Source of the DNA: Callorhinchus milii | Lineage: Eukaryota | Length of the DNA: 64,000 nt | Reading direction: 5' to 3' | Assembly: GCF_018977255.1 (NCBI RefSeq) | Contig: NW_024704743.1 | Span: 97,032,001 to 97,096,000, forward strand | Shown: piece after piece, positions 24,700 through 38,370 of the stretch | How positions within the stretch are numbered: the first letter of the stretch is position 1 | How the letters are laid out: every line of letters starts with the position of its first letter | Program-made: the position numbers and the translations under genes | Notes under the pieces: generated by a model | Database searches by the model: none | The model's input: the letters and a program-made list of their open reading frames with translations, nothing else | What the model was told of the DNA's origin: nothing

Positions 24700-25065
24700 A
24701 CATAAGTTGACACTCAAATTCTGTATTGTTGGAGGTGCTGTTCTTCGAATGAGATGTTAAACTCAGTTCCTGCCTCCCTGTCCAGGTGTATGTTGAAAAT
24801 CCCATGGCCCAATTCAAAAAGAGAAGGGAGTTTCTCACAGTGTCTTGGCCAAGAACCCCACAGGTAAAATTGGTCACTCACTTTATGGATGCTTTTGTGG
24901 CAATTCCTCATGTCTGTTTTGTGGAACATTGCAGTGTGGAAATTGAATGCTGTGTTTGTCTACAAAATAAAGTCACTGCACTTTACCGTAAATTCTGAAG
25001 TGCTTTGAGAGGTTTTGATGACCTGAAAAGGCACTGTATTTAATGCAAGGATTCTTATTATTAAT
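24700..25065 (+). mobile_element. Deu-domain-type SINE, 5'-truncated
   Basis: aaatcccatggcccaattcaaaaagagaagggagtttctcacagtgtcttggcc plus the shared tail. Confidence 0.8.
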
Positions 25066-25280
25066 AATAAAATGGAATAGTCTTTTGAAGATCACATATA
25101 CACGTAAAGCCAATTACAGCTATTGTAGAGAAAGCTACAGCCCAAGACTTTTTAGCATTATATTACAGAGTTCTTGATGCATTTCCTGAAAGTGATCGAA
25201 GGCAGCAATAAAATTCTTTGAAGCACAGTTGCTTAAAATGGGCAGTTAATTTACTTTGAACAGCTGATATAATTGACTTA

Positions 25281-25830
25281 GAACAACAACAACAAGATTT
25301 CATTCATAGAGTGCCTTTCACGTTGGGAGGACGTCCCAAGACGCTGGACAGTTGGGTCAGGACCCGAGCAGGGGGGAAATGGTCAGGGTGAGGGGAGGGA
25401 AGGGAGGCAGCGAGGAGGGGTAGAGAGTCGAGAGGAGAGCTGATGGCACGGCTGAAGAGAAAGGTCTTGAGACCGGCCTTGAAGGAGGAAAGGGAGGAAG
25501 CAAGGCGAAGGCACCGGGGGATGGAGTTCCAGAGTCTAGGGACTGAGCGGCTGAAGGCCCGGCCACCGATGGTAGGGCAGTTGGGACGGGGGATGTGGAG
25601 CAGACCGGAGCCAGAGGAACGGAGGTTATGGGAAGGTAAGTAGGGGGATAGTAGGTCGAAGAGGTAGGAGGAAGCAAGGCCGTGAATGGCCTTGTAGGTG
25701 AGGATGAGGATCTTGAATTCGATCCTCTGGGGGATGGGGAGCCAGTGGAGGCGAGCGAGGGGTGGGAGTGATGTGGTCGCGAAGCCTGGTGCGGGACAGT
25801 ACACGAGCTGCAGAGTTCTGAATGACCTCT
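25281..25830 (-). mobile_element. L2 LINE 3' fragment (lineage C)
   Basis: Minus ORF LARLHWLPIPQRIEFKILILTYKAIHGLA…GGRAFSRSVPRLWNSIP; 3' UTR almost the same as 58177-58536. Confidence 0.92.
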
Positions 25831-26279
25831 ACATATAGAATGCATATCAGAGGTTCATACTGTAATTGGAAAGGTGTTATTCTGCATAACTTGTACAGTA
25901 GCAAAAATAAATCCTAAAATAATCCAGTCAGAAAATTTGTTCATGTTGAAGAATCCTTGTTTGTTACAGTATTTTGCCATATGATCCACACTTAATTCAG
26001 ATATTAGATTAAAATAAAGAGCAGTGCTTGTTTGACAGTGTTCAACTTTGCAAATAGCAACAGTGTGGATTGATGGGGTGACCCTAACACTCCCTCCGCT
26101 CATAAATTTAGCCAAAAAAAGTTTGGAACTGAATCATAAAAAAAGTGGAATTCCGGGAAGCGTTCAACAAAGTTTCACAATAGTTAGAATTAATGTTTAA
26201 ATATTGCTGTAACCTATGTTATCTCCTCATGCCGTTACACAAATAGACATGCCTTGCAACAGGGCTGCTGTTATTTAAC

Positions 26280-27390
26280 TTAACCTCCTCCACTTCATCT
26301 CCACAAACGGCTTCTCCTCTAGTCCCCGCACCATCTCATGCGGCATTCCTTAGGGCTCTGTCCTTGGTCCCCTCCTCTTCAATATCTATATGCTCCCTCT
26401 TGGTGACATCATCCGCAGACATGGGGTCAACTTCCACATATATGCGGATGACACCCATGTCTATCTCTCTGCTTCCACCCTTGACTCCAGGACCACTGCT
26501 GTCCTGACAGAATGTCTGTCAGACATCGAGTCCTGGATGAGAGTTAACTTTCTATAGTTGAATGTCAACAAGACCGAGGCCCTCCTGATTGGCTCCCGTC
26601 AGCGCCTCCTCACCTCAGGCGCTGACAGCATCAACATCCATGGATGCACACTCCACATTACTAAGTCAGTCAGGAACCTTGGTGTCTTGTTTGACCCTCA
26701 ACTATCCTTTCTACCCCACATACATGCCGTGACCTGCTCTGCCTTCCCCACCTCCACAACATTGGGTGGCTCTGCCATTGTTTCACACCGCAGGCCGCCA
26801 AAACCCTTATACACACATTCATAAAATCCAGGCTTCATTTAGTACGCAAATTCCTTGCTTGTCGGTCTCTCCAACTCCTTCCTCCATAGGCTGTAGATCA
26901 TCCAGAACACTGCAGCCCATGTCCTCTCCCACACCAGGTTCCATGACTCTATCACCCCCATCCTCCCTCGATGCCATTGGCTTCCCATCACACAGAGGAT
27001 ACAATTCAAGATCACCTTCAAAGCCCTCCATGGCTTTGCTCCCTCCTACCTCTGCAATCTCCTAACGCCCTAACATCTTGCCGACTTCCTACGCTCAGTG
27101 GGCTCCGGCCTGCTTCATGCCCCCACCTCGCCTGCCCTACCATTGGCAGGTGGGCCTTCAGCCACTCTGCCCCCAACCTCTGGAACTCCATCCCACAGTC
27201 TCTTTGCCACCCTCCCTTGCCTACTTCAAGACCCATCTAAAGAATTCAACAGTGCTTCTGATCACCCTGCTTCCCTCCCACCCTCCCCAATCCCTACACC
27301 CAGCTCGGGTCCGAAACACAGACTGTTATTCGCTTTGGAACATCCTCCCGACGTGAAAGGTGCTTTACAAATGTAATTTTGTTGTTATTG
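26280..27390 (+). mobile_element. L2 LINE, 5'-truncated (lineage B)
   Basis: ggctctgtccttggtcccctcctcttc (GSVLGPLLF) and tatgcggatgac (YADD), through to a tail ending aaatgtaattttgttgttattg. Confidence 0.92.
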
Positions 27391-27809
27391 TAGTATTATA
27401 ACTTCTCAAGATGAGCAGATTAGACGCTGGACGTATTCTGTGGAACTGCAATCACAGGATCATCCCACGGTTGGAAAGTAAACAGCTCGATGTCAGTTTG
27501 TATCATCCTGACTGGAATTTACTTCAGAGTTTTAGAAAATCATTTTATCAGAAACTGATGCAGAAGGGTTAGATACGGCAATGTAGATTGAAACATCACA
27601 AAAGACCTATTGATGTGTCATTCCACTGTGCAGGTTGCAACAGGAACTCATTGATCTACAAAGACCTGCGGCAGACGTAGCTCACTGACTCATCTGTAAT
27701 ATTTGATGAGTGGGTGCTTACTCTACTTCTCTTACTGACTGACTCTCGGTCCTAATGTGCACTTTTTCAGTGCACTTCCTCAACTTTTTCATTAAGGTAC
27801 GACACAAAG

Positions 27810-28050
27810 GTTGTAGGTGGGTGGGAGAGTGGGGAGTGTGGCGGTGGGAGGGTGGCAGGTGTGTGTGGGAGGGTATGTGGGGTGGCGGTGGGAAGGTGGG
27901 GGCTGTGTGTAGATGGGAGGTTAGAGGTGTGTGGAGGTGGGTAGGAAGGTGGCGGTGTGTGGAGCTGGGTTGGAGGGTGGAAGTGTGTGGAGGTGCGTGA
28001 GAGGATGGGGCTGTGATGAGGTGGCAGAGCACGGGTGTGTGGAGGTGGGT
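27810..28050 (+). repeat. G/T-rich low-complexity tract
   Basis: Irregular gtgg/gggag/gtgtgtgg units. Confidence 0.8.
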
Positions 28051-29584
28051 CTCAGTTCTGCCATTGAAAGGAAAGCTAGGCAGCTTTTAGCATTGGCAAG
28101 ATTTCAAACCACCGAGAGATGAAGTCACAAATAGCCTGAAAGAAAATATTTTGACCGCAACACTTGGAAAACTCACTTTTGTTATTAAATAAAGCCATGG
28201 AATCTTTAGCAACCATCTAAACAGACAAGTTGGTTAAACAAATCTAAAAGATGGCACCTGTGGCAATGTCAAGGGCATGAACTCATGGCCTTCATATCCA
28301 GATGTGTGAATGTGACTGAATGAGTCAGGCTAACATCTGGAGATGATGCTTCACAATCCAGTATTTTAAGACACATTGACAATATATGCTTATAATGAGG
28401 AAATTCCATTGATACATGCATCGTCACCCATCACTTTAATGAGCGAGGCCAATGTTATTCTGGAAAGCTTTCAATACTGTACCACATAGCTAAGTTATTC
28501 CATTTCGTCCTTTGTATTTCAGCCAATGTTTCTTTGTTGTATGAGACACTTCCATTACTTTGGTTTTGTACATAAGTAGCAGTTCAGGGCCCTCAGGCAA
28601 TTGCATAAACCCAATCTTTATTCAGGACCAAACAATTTTAGTTTGTTTTCCCAATCAAACAAAACATTTTTCCACACTCTCTTGATCTCTTGGGGCCACC
28701 CACCACTTCCACCCCTTTGCAAATGCTGTTCTTTCACAGACCGTGTAGATGGAAATGGTCCCAAATGCCTTGGCATAGGTTTTGTTCCCTCCTTGTGGAT
28801 TGGGAATTCAGTGTGTGGAAAATCAGAGGCATCAACCCGATTCTATGTGATGAATCATGTTAGTACTGGCCACCACTCCCACTCTCAGAGCAAACATTTT
28901 GAAATGATTTCAGAGAGACAAGGGAAATGAACCACAACTATTGTCACACTTGAGTTTCTTTTATTGAATGCAGAGAAGGAAATCACACACGTGAAAATTT
29001 CAGTGTAATCAGGAATGTTTTGAGAAAATTCTTAAAACTAATAATATCTTGTGAATGATTAATAATAATAATTCTTGATTGATATGGTGCCTTATTACGT
29101 CTTTGAGACGTCTCAAAGCGCTTTACAGAATATAGTGTAGAGTGAATTGACTATATTTTGTGGGCGAATGGATGTTACAATCTCATCTCTGCTGGGCAGA
29201 TCTATACTGACTTCCACATGATGTAGCCTACTTGTCCTGCATGTTTAATAAGTCTCCATACCTGTGTCAATTCCTCATGTGAATTTTGGCACAGTATGAG
29301 CTGAGAACTTGTCTCTTTCAGAGGGCAGAATATCTTTTGTCCTCTTTGTAGCAATACAAAATTTGGCAGACAAATGATGGTTTGTAGCAGATCTTTGATT
29401 TGTAGACATGGACAGGGATATGATCAACAAAACATAAAATAACAACATAGCTCTTTCTTACTTGACTTCAACAAGATTTCAACCAACGCTGTACTGGAGC
29501 CACAGCTCCAGTGCAGACTGTGAGCGCCTGAATAGTGAATATATAGCTCTCTAGTAATGAACAGCAAACACCAGTTTAGTTTTA

Positions 29585-29845
29585 ATAATAGTATTAATCC
29601 TTGCATTTGATTTAACGCTTTTCACGCCTTCTAGACATCTCAAAGCGCTTCACAGAATAGACTGTAAAGTGAACTGACTGTATATTTGTGGGCGAAATGC
29701 ACAGCCAATTATGCTTAGCAGTGTCCCACAAACAGTCATGGATAGAAATTACCAATTTATTATTTTTTTAAATTCTTTTTTGAGTGATTACTATCAGGCA
29801 TGGAGAGTAAGGAAACTTTTCCAAGGTTTCACCCTGCCAGGAATC
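29585..29845 (-). mobile_element. tRNA-headed SINE, 5'-truncated
   Basis: Reversed tail and body through ggagagtaaggaaacttttccaaggtttcaccctgccaggaat. Confidence 0.85.
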
Positions 29846-29970
29846 TTTAACGTTGATAAAGAGCTGGGAATTGGAACAACTTTTAATAATATTAAAATGG
29901 TCACTCAGAACATTTTCAGAGGGGGGTCTAAAGATCCTTCCTCTCTAAGAGCAATAATATTTGAGGGGAG

Positions 29971-30935
29971 AACAACAACAACAAGATTACATTTGTATAG
30001 CGCCTTTCATGTCGGGAGGAAGACCCAATGCTGGAGTGTACAGCATTTCAGTCCCGAGCTGGGGTCAGGTAGGGAGAAGGGAGGGAAGGGGAAGGGAGGT
30101 GACCAATGGCATAGTCGAAGAAGAGGGTTTTGAGGCGGAACTTGAAGGAGGCTAAGGAGGGGTTGAGGCGGAGTGATTGGGGGATGGAATTCCAAAGGTT
30201 GGGGTCAGAGTGGCTGAAGGCTCTCCCACCAATGGTGGAGGGGGTGGGGCGGGGGATGTGGAGCAGGCCAGAGCCAGCTGAGCGGAGGGAGTGGGCGGGT
30301 TGGTAGGGGGTTAGGAGGTCGCAGAGGTAGAGTGGGGCGAGGCCATGGAGGGCTTTGTAGGTGAGGACCAGGATCTTGAACTGGATCCTCTGAAGGACAG
30401 GGAGCCAATGGATTTGGGCGAGAATGGGGGAGATGGAGTCACAGAGTTTGGTGCGGGAGAGGACACGGGCTGCAGAGTTCTGGATTATCTGCAGCCTGTG
30501 GAGGGAGGAGTTGGGAAGGCCGACAAGCAGGGCGTTTGCATTGTCGAGCCTGGAGGTGATGAAGGCATGAACAAGAGTTTCAGTGACCTGAGGGGTGAGG
30601 TAGTGGCGGAGTCGAGCGATGTTATGGAGGTGAGGGAAGGCTTGGATGTGGGGAAGAAAAGACAATTGAGAGTCGAACAAGACACCTGGGTTCCTGACTG
30701 GCTTGGTGAGTTGTAGTGTGCAACCATGGAAGTTGATGCTGCCAGAGCCTGAGGTGCAGAGTTGCTGGTATGAGCCTATCAGGAGGGTCTCAGTCTTGTT
30801 CACATTCAACTGTAGAAAATTTGCCCTCACCCAGGACTTGATGTCGGACAGCAGTGGTCCTGGAGTTGAGGGTGGAGGCAGAAAGATAGAATTGGGTGTC
30901 ATCCCACACATATGGAAATTGATTTGCATCACCCG
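29971..30935 (-). mobile_element. L2 LINE, 5'-truncated (lineage B)
   Basis: 296-aa minus ORF with LQLNVNKTETLLIG, AFITSRLDNANALL, IHWLPVLQRIQFK, GGRAFSHSDPNLWNSIP. Confidence 0.92.
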
Positions 30936-31389
30936 CATTTACAATGCAGTGATGCAAGTCAACACACAAATAAAATTACCTTCCCAAATGGACTCAAAAG
31001 CCTGACTTCAGCACAAATACCTGCACTTCAAACTTGATTCATATACGAGGATTTTATAAAGCATTGTTGGCGTCATACTGTATATTAGAAGTGTACAAAA
31101 TTGTGCCTAGAACTTCTCCTCCATTGCTAAGCTGTGTATTCTCTTCATGCTATTTAAACAATTCATTAAGCCAAGCCACGTAGATGCAGTTAAGACATTG
31201 TTGTGAAGAGTTGGTCCTCAGCACAATGTAATTGTGCATTTCTAAACTAGAAGATTCAACTGTTCTCAAAACAAGAATTGAACGTTTTCCCAATTCAAGA
31301 GATAGTAGGTTATGGAATGAAAACAGTAGATGCTGCAAATGTGCAACTTCTAGAAGAGAAGGATAGATTATCTTTTCAGTGAGAGAAAA

Positions 31390-31572
31390 TGTTAGATTGT
31401 TTATTTTGGCGACTGTTTGTGGGACACTGCTGTGTGCAATTGGCTGCCACGTTTCGCCCACAAATATACAGTCAATTCACTTTACAGTGTGTTCTGTGAA
31501 GCGCTTTGAGATGTCGAGAAGACGTGAAAAGCGCTATAGCCAATGCAAGGATTATTATTATTATTATTATTT
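31390..31572 (+). mobile_element. SINE 3' half
   Basis: gactgtttgtgggacactgctgtgtgcaattggctgcc…caatgcaaggattattattattattat. Confidence 0.88.
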
Positions 31573-31749
31573 TATTCAGAAACCTAGCTGAGGGACAAAG
31601 TGTAAGGTTTAGAGTGATGCTGAAATAAAAAAGAGTAAGGGAGAAGCAAGGCAAATCAATACATATCACACAATCTTTAATTGAAGATTCTAATGATTGT
31701 TCAGCTGAACACCATGGTTACATTTCCTCTTGTCCAGCAATTACTTTTA

Positions 31750-32210
31750 ATCACTCAATCTTATTGATTTATCGTACCCTTTCCATTGCTCACTCCAGCC
31801 TGATTCTCCTGCAAACCGTATATCTTCTGCTACCTTCATCTGCTGCTGTGCTTTCCATTTCTTGTTTACATAAACCTCTGTTCCTTTGCTTATTATAGCT
31901 TTATAGCCACTCTTCCTTTTTTCTCCTTGTGCATAAGCTCGGCCTATAACCTTCATTACCTTTGGCTACTCTCAGTTAATCTTGCCCTCATACCCTATTC
32001 AGGAGCACTCCAATGGTTACCCATCCTCTGGTCTCTGTGGCTTCCTTCAACCAGTCCTGTCACTCCTTAGGGATGTCAGTCCATCTCTCCCTCCTTTTGT
32101 GCGATTCTCTCAGATCCTGTATTACTTCTCAGGTGCGGTTTACCTTCCTGGTCAGGAGAATCCTATGATTGTGCTGCTTCTAACCAGACAGCCTGATCCA
32201 ACCTAGTCCC
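31750..32210 (+). mobile_element. Old, highly diverged L2-like fragment (similar relics at ~18920-19110, 20040-20240, 37260-37670)
   Basis: Residual L2 3'-region motifs only. Confidence 0.4.
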
Positions 32211-32852
32211 AATTTCATCACCATAGGGATGATTTAAGTAGACCATGTTGGAGAGGCAATCCAATTCTTCAGTGTTCATACCAACCACACAACCCGCTTA
32301 TGAATCTTATTCTGCCTTCAACTAATCTGAGTGCAGTAGGAAATCACACGTGGAATTAAACCAGAGAGTGAGAGCTAGGCTCTGCAGAAAGGGCCCTCGG
32401 TGCAGAAAATATTAACTCTGAGCATGAGGTCTGCTCAACCTTACACAATTCCTCCACAGCCATCTATTGCACTGTGGTTAGGGAATGTCTGTGATGAAGC
32501 ATAAGTAAGTTTAAGTGCAACAGTAAGTGCAGTGTTAGAAAAAGATGCCCAGAAGAAAATACCTACAAGTAATTGTTGATAGAAAGAAAACAAGCAAAAG
32601 AGGAAAAGACGAGAGAGGAGAAATAATAAAACAGATGTGGAAACAGGTGTTTTAAAGTAATGCTTGGAGCACAAGAAAGATATATGTTGAAGGAAAACTG
32701 AAAGCGCTTTGGGACGTCCTCCTGATGTGAAAGGCGCTCTATAAATGTAATTTTGTTGTTGTGTTGCTGTTGATGTAATTTGAATTAATGAAGCCTTGGT
32801 TAAACTAGGACATTGAACATGAAATTAAAATACAGGGCATAGAGCTTATAGG

Positions 32853-33220
32853 TGTCAGCCTGGCTCAGTTGGTAGCTCTCTCTCATCTGCGTTAGAAGAT
32901 GAGAGTTCACCATAGTCAGGGCTTTCAATCCATTTTTGGAGGTGCCATTCTTCAAATGAGATTTTAAACTGGGGTTCTTTGGGCCTGTTCAGGTGGATGT
33001 TAAAGATAAATGATAATAATCCTTGCATTCTCACATCAAAAAGAGAAGGGAATTCTTCTCGGTGTGCTGGCCAATAATCATTCACTTCATAGCTGTTTGT
33101 GGAACATTGCTGTTCACAAATTGGCTGTCTGCCACATTCGCCTCAGAATACTGTTACTATACTTTACAGTAAATGCTATGAAAAAAATTGAAACATTTCT
33201 CTCAATGTGAAAGCTGCTAA
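32853..33220 (+). mobile_element. Deu-domain-type SINE
   Basis: A-box-like tggctcagttggtagc; core aaagagaagggaattcttctcggtgtgctggccaata; shared tail. Confidence 0.75.
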
Positions 33221-34094
33221 ACTACTTGTACGTAGTTAAGTAAAGATATAAAAAGTAGTAGATATGGGAGAAGGAAATAGAGGGATATGAGAGGGGGATA
33301 GGGAGAGGTGATTATAATGGGCACAGAGCAGTTGGGCTGAATGGCCTGTTTTGGTACAGGCTGTGTAATGTTATGTAGTGTTAGGCAAAGGGATTTAATA
33401 AATTCCTTCTAAACCCGCCCCTATTTTTTTTCCAATAATCCTTAGAGTAGTCCCTCTTGTCATTGATTCCCCAATTATAGCTTTTCTCTATTCAACTCAC
33501 CTCTATCGTATCCCCTCAACCTCCTCTGCATCAGTAGAAAAAACATTCAAGAAGAATCTCCCAAAGATTGATATCTCCCAATATCTCTAATTATAAACCT
33601 GAAGGCAACACAAAACATCAAGTGAATACAAATATTACATTATACCAATGCAACAGTCAGGTCCTGTTGCTTCTTCCTGTCAAAGAAAATTGGTTTATTT
33701 TCCCCTGTTGTGATTCTGCAAGTCTTGTCACACACTTGGCTGTAAGATGGGTGACATGACCTGAAGGCATATGTATGTGAACAGCAGCAGGTATCTGCAG
33801 TATATTGTGTCAGAATGAACTGAACATTTCTAGCATTCTATATCTAAGAATTATTGTGTTAAACACGGATTTGAAATTGAAATCCTCTGTGAGGGAAATT
33901 GCCTGGAATGCCACCCGTTTCCTTGTCCTCCTTGAGTACTGAATGGCATTGGCAGCACTTTTTATACAATGCATTAGACCCATCCAGAGTGTATTAAAAC
34001 TTATCCAATGCAACACTAAGATGTGGTGGGTTAAGCTGTTATACTATTACTTCTTTTTAATTGATTATTTCATCTATTCAATTCAAAATTCAAT

Positions 34095-34452
34095 AGCATA
34101 GTGGCTAGAGCACTTGTCTCGCAAACGAGAGGACCCGGGTTCGATTCCTGAAATATTTGGCAAGTTTCCTTACTCCACTCGCCTCTGTTTACTTAGCAGT
34201 AAGTAGGAGCCCGGTTGTTAGTTAATGGGCGGATAGCTTTCCAAGAGTAATAATCCCTTCAAAAAAATAATAATAATAATAATTTGGTCACTCAATCCCC
34301 GATAGTTTATGGGATACTGCTGTGTGCAATTAGCTGCTGTGTTTCTACTACAAAATTCACAGTTAATTCACTTTACAGTATATTCTGTGAAGCGCTTTGA
34401 GACATCTCAACGACATGATAAGCGCTATATCAAATGCAAGAATTATTATTAT
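34095..34452 (+). mobile_element. tRNA-headed SINE, long form
   Basis: B box ggttcgattcc; central cgcctctgtttacttagcagtaagtaggagcccggttgttag; shared tail. Confidence 0.88.
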
Positions 34453-34689
34453 CTAATAATTGATTCCATTGATATTTTGCAGCATATTAGCAGTGAGCAT
34501 TTATCACTGAGCTAAGATATGCCAGAAAATACAGTTTGGTGTTAACACCAGTTAAGCAGATTTCAAACTCTACTATTTTCCAATTGGCACCGAATCTGTG
34601 AAAAATAACTAATACTTGGTAAATGAGGTCTGAAAGGTTTGTTCGTGATTTATGTCTGAATTTTGTATAGAATGTACTTTCCTTTAAAC

Positions 34690-34769
34690 CAGTGGTAGCC
34701 AACCTGTGGCCCACAGGGTCATCAAGCAGCAATAGCCCTGAACATTCACATAGAGGTTGGCCACCATTG
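34690..34769. mobile_element. 80-bp hAT-like MITE
   Basis: 16-bp TIR cagtggtagccaacct / aggttggccaccattg (14/16 match); flanking 8-mers ctttaaac and ctttcaat (6/8) fit a decayed 8-bp TSD. Confidence 0.7.
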
Positions 34770-35499
34770 CTTTCAATATTTAAGGTGCATTGCTGCAAAA
34801 TCATTTGTACTACTCTTTGTCAAAAACAAAAACAACAAATTACATTTATTTATTTCATCTCGGACGGATGTCCTCAGATGCTGTACAGTTAATAACAGTT
34901 CAAACAAAAGAATAAAGATATTGTTTCATGATTTAAAACTATTAGTGATACTGAGCACGCTTAATAAAGCTCTCAGTTGTAGCACCATCCTGGGTTTATG
35001 GCTTGTTTGAGATGTACTTGATGCTTCAGTACATTCATTACAACATACATATGTATTATATACAAAGTACCTGACTCATTGTAACTACTTCACCGAATAG
35101 GGCACTATTGTCTTCTCTGTTGATGACCAATTATTTAAGTCAATTACACTGAATGATCCTCCAAACTACCCTATTGATGTGGATTGTCATCTTTAACATG
35201 CAACCGTGCACAATTTACTTGATAAATTGATATTAGATCTTGGAACATTACCTATTTCTAGAGAAATTCGAATGTCTATGCATCATTGATCTGAATATTA
35301 ATAATACAATCCACCCTAAAGGTCACGAATTGCATCAGGTTTTGTTAGATTTACTTTCAACACCTTCACTAATTTATGGCATAATGAAGATTATAGGGGG
35401 GAAATGCAGTATTGTGATGTGATCCCATAAAATCTATGAAAACTCCACTGTAGCACGACCAGCTGGATGCAATGCCTCATTAGCTGTCTTATAAACTAG

Positions 35500-35790
35500 G
35501 CATAACAAATGGCTAACATGGAGGTCATCAGTTCATTAGGGGAGAGTTTAGAAATAATTTCTTCACTCAGAGGGTTGCTGGGGTTTTGGCATTTAACTGG
35601 CTGTTGAAGTTAGATCAATGAAACCATAGAAAACATCTGGATAAACACTGGACAGTAAACCTGAGGGTTTATGAGGAAAGACCCGAAGAGGAGGGATAAT
35701 TTAGTAATACAGATAATAACAGCACAGATTCGATGAGCTGAATGGCCTCCCTAAGTACTGAACATTTCTGTTTCTATCTTTCTATGAGCT
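35500..35790 (+). mobile_element. CR1 3' end, degenerate (related pieces at ~36710-36845 +, 52240-52380 +, 54500-54790 -, 55575-55700 -)
   Basis: aataatttcttcactcagagggttg (FFTQRV) and the terminal gatgagctgaatggcctcc motif. Confidence 0.7.
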
Positions 35791-35939
35791 TCTACTGCAT
35801 CACTGCTCTGGATTCAACTCCATTTGATGTTGGTCATAGCACACATTCTTCTACTTGCTGGTAGTCTCGATACCATTAAATCTCTACTGAATGCCATGCC
35901 AACTTCTCTTATTTCTGGATGATTGTGTTTAACCATCAA

Positions 35940-36200
35940 GTAATAATAATAATCCTTGGATTTGGTATAGTCCCTTATCATGCCATTGAGCTTCTAAGAG
36001 CTTCACAGAATTTATTATTAATTGTAGTGACTGTGTATTTTGTAGGCGAACTTGGCAGCAAAGCTGCACTCAGCAATGTCCCACAAACAGCCATGAAGTG
36101 AGTGACCAAATTTATTTGGGAGATTGTTGGATAGGACACTGGGAGAAACTCTCCTCTTTTTTTGAGTAGTACCATGGGATCTTTAACATCCTCCTAAAGA
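35940..36200 (-). mobile_element. Deu-domain-type SINE, 3' half
   Basis: ggacactgggagaaactctcc…gtagtaccatgggatctttaacatcc. Confidence 0.8.
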
Positions 36201-38370
36201 GATAGCCGTTACCTCAGAAATGAAGGACGGCAATGTAACACATGATCAAGTGACCTCTTCTTAGGTTGCTCTGGTTGGTGAAATTGTTTACTAAAGCTAG
36301 ACTTCCAGATTTTTTGCGCTGAATGAAATTGCTTCTAGCTTCGAGAAAATGACATAAAGTGGGATGAGATCTCCATTTCCTGCTTGTTCATGTTTAACAA
36401 TAATTATTCTTGTCTTGATTGTTTGGATTGGCAAAGATACATTTTCTTTATGTATGAGTATTCTCAAAGGAAGCACTGTTTGTTTTTCTGTTTTAGGGCG
36501 TTTCTATGGTTTTAAGACATCTGCCACCAAGTTTTGTGAAGTAATGGAAACCTAAAGTGAAATTTTATTCTGAAACTGCACAGCAAATTAGCTGATAATA
36601 ATAATCTTTGCATTTGATATGGCACTTCTGACTTCGAAATGGTTCAAACCACATCACAGGAAATTGCTGTAAAGTGTAGTGACTGTATATTTATAGGCAA
36701 ATGCTGTAGGTGATTGAGGTCAGGATGCTGAACTCATTCAAGAAACAGCTTGATGGTGTAATGGGTTGATGGTACGGTGGGCATTCTGGAATGGTGAGCT
36801 CAGAAGGATTTTCTTCATCCAAATCAATCTTGTGATCTTGTGGAAATTTTCTGCAGATGCTTTTTACTTTGTAGACGGATCCTTATAAACAAACTATTTC
36901 ATTTCTACTCAGTGCCCGTTACCAGACTTGGTATGTATTAGGATTTCAAGTCAGTGTCATGGTCTGATTGCCATCCACAAATCATGGCTGTAATCATTTT
37001 GAAGGTTTTCTCAGGAAACAGCTGCTGTCTTTCTCGGCAGTGGCTTTTCATTGTGAGGCAATGTAATACTTTCTCCTCGGTTTTAATAAGGCCATCACTC
37101 ACAAAGTTTTACACTGCTTGTCATTTTTTTCCCCTCAATGTTATCTTGCTTTTCCAAGATGTGTCACTTGATTTCTCTTGTTATTACCTGGCCTAATATT
37201 TCTGTAAGGTTTGCATTTCAAAGGACTGATCACTGGTGTTTGTATGTATATTGTGATTAAGTAACACCTGCAACAGCAGCTTGCATTTGTTTAGCACCAT
37301 GGCATAATGTCTCAGAATGATTGACAGAGACAGATGCAAAACAGGGGGGAAGGGAAGACAGAGGGGACCATTGGCATGGTTGAAGATGCAGGATTTAAAG
37401 TGAAATAGAGAGTGGGGAGCAAGATGAGGGGGAGGGAATTCCTGAGGTTAGGAGCGTACATTCTGAACTCTGATTACTGATAGCAGGGAGTGGGCAGCAA
37501 GCTTCAGCTAGCCAAGCGGAGGGGACATGCAGACTAGTGTGGTAGGAGAAGATCAGAGAGTTAGAGAATAGTAGGCCGTGCAGAGATTTATACGTGAGGA
37601 TGGGAACTCTGAATTATTCCGTTCAGAGCAAGCGAACCAGTGGAGCTTGACGAGGACTTGGATGATAAAATAATAAAATAATAATTGTTACATTTGGAAT
37701 AGCTCCTCTCACATCTGGAGAACTTCTCAAAGCATTTCATTGGATGTACTGTAAAGTGGAGTTTTGTAAAAATAAATAACGTAAAGCACTTTCCTCTGAC
37801 ACTGGGTCAATACTATATCTGTGGCCTGTTGGTGAAAGCAGCATTATATATGAAAGTAGTAAATAAGCATCAGGATACAGATTTCTTTCTGAGTCCTTTC
37901 CTGGATTTGCTGGTGGAGCCTGTGCTTATTTTTCCAACCTGTTATAACCTGTTTATCAGTCTAGAAGATTATTTCCAAAATGGAATCAATTAAAATTGAA
38001 TATGTGACCAAAACATCTCAATAGTCTGTTTCCCCCTGCAACAAAATAATGATACAGGACAATGTTTACCCAGGGCAACTGAAATATTGCAGTCATTTAT
38101 AACATCAAGCAGAATACAATATACTCTGTTTTAGACATCAGTTGATTTGTTAGCACAGATTATTTTGTATTACAACACCCAGTGGATTCTGTGCAATGAA
38201 TGCTCTGCAATATATTGGATTTTACAGCCTTGTGCTGTAACTTTTCTTAGTTCTTAGTCCCACACTTTGTTTTAATCTCCTTGACAGTTTTTAAAAAAAA
38301 ATTCACAACAGATGAAAAAGACCATTCGGCCCATCTGATACTTGGCCTCCACCCTCCCATCACAACATTA

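Noticed and set aside
27718..28032. Pro/His/Thr-rich and Gly/Trp/Val-rich ORFs (similarly 7589-7891)
   Set aside because: Artefacts of low-complexity tracts.
30048..30938. Long ORFs (296, 283, 253, 237, 217 aa) as host genes
   Set aside because: All are pieces of L2 ORF2 in truncated, frameshifted copies; none includes an endonuclease domain or ORF1, so none is autonomous.
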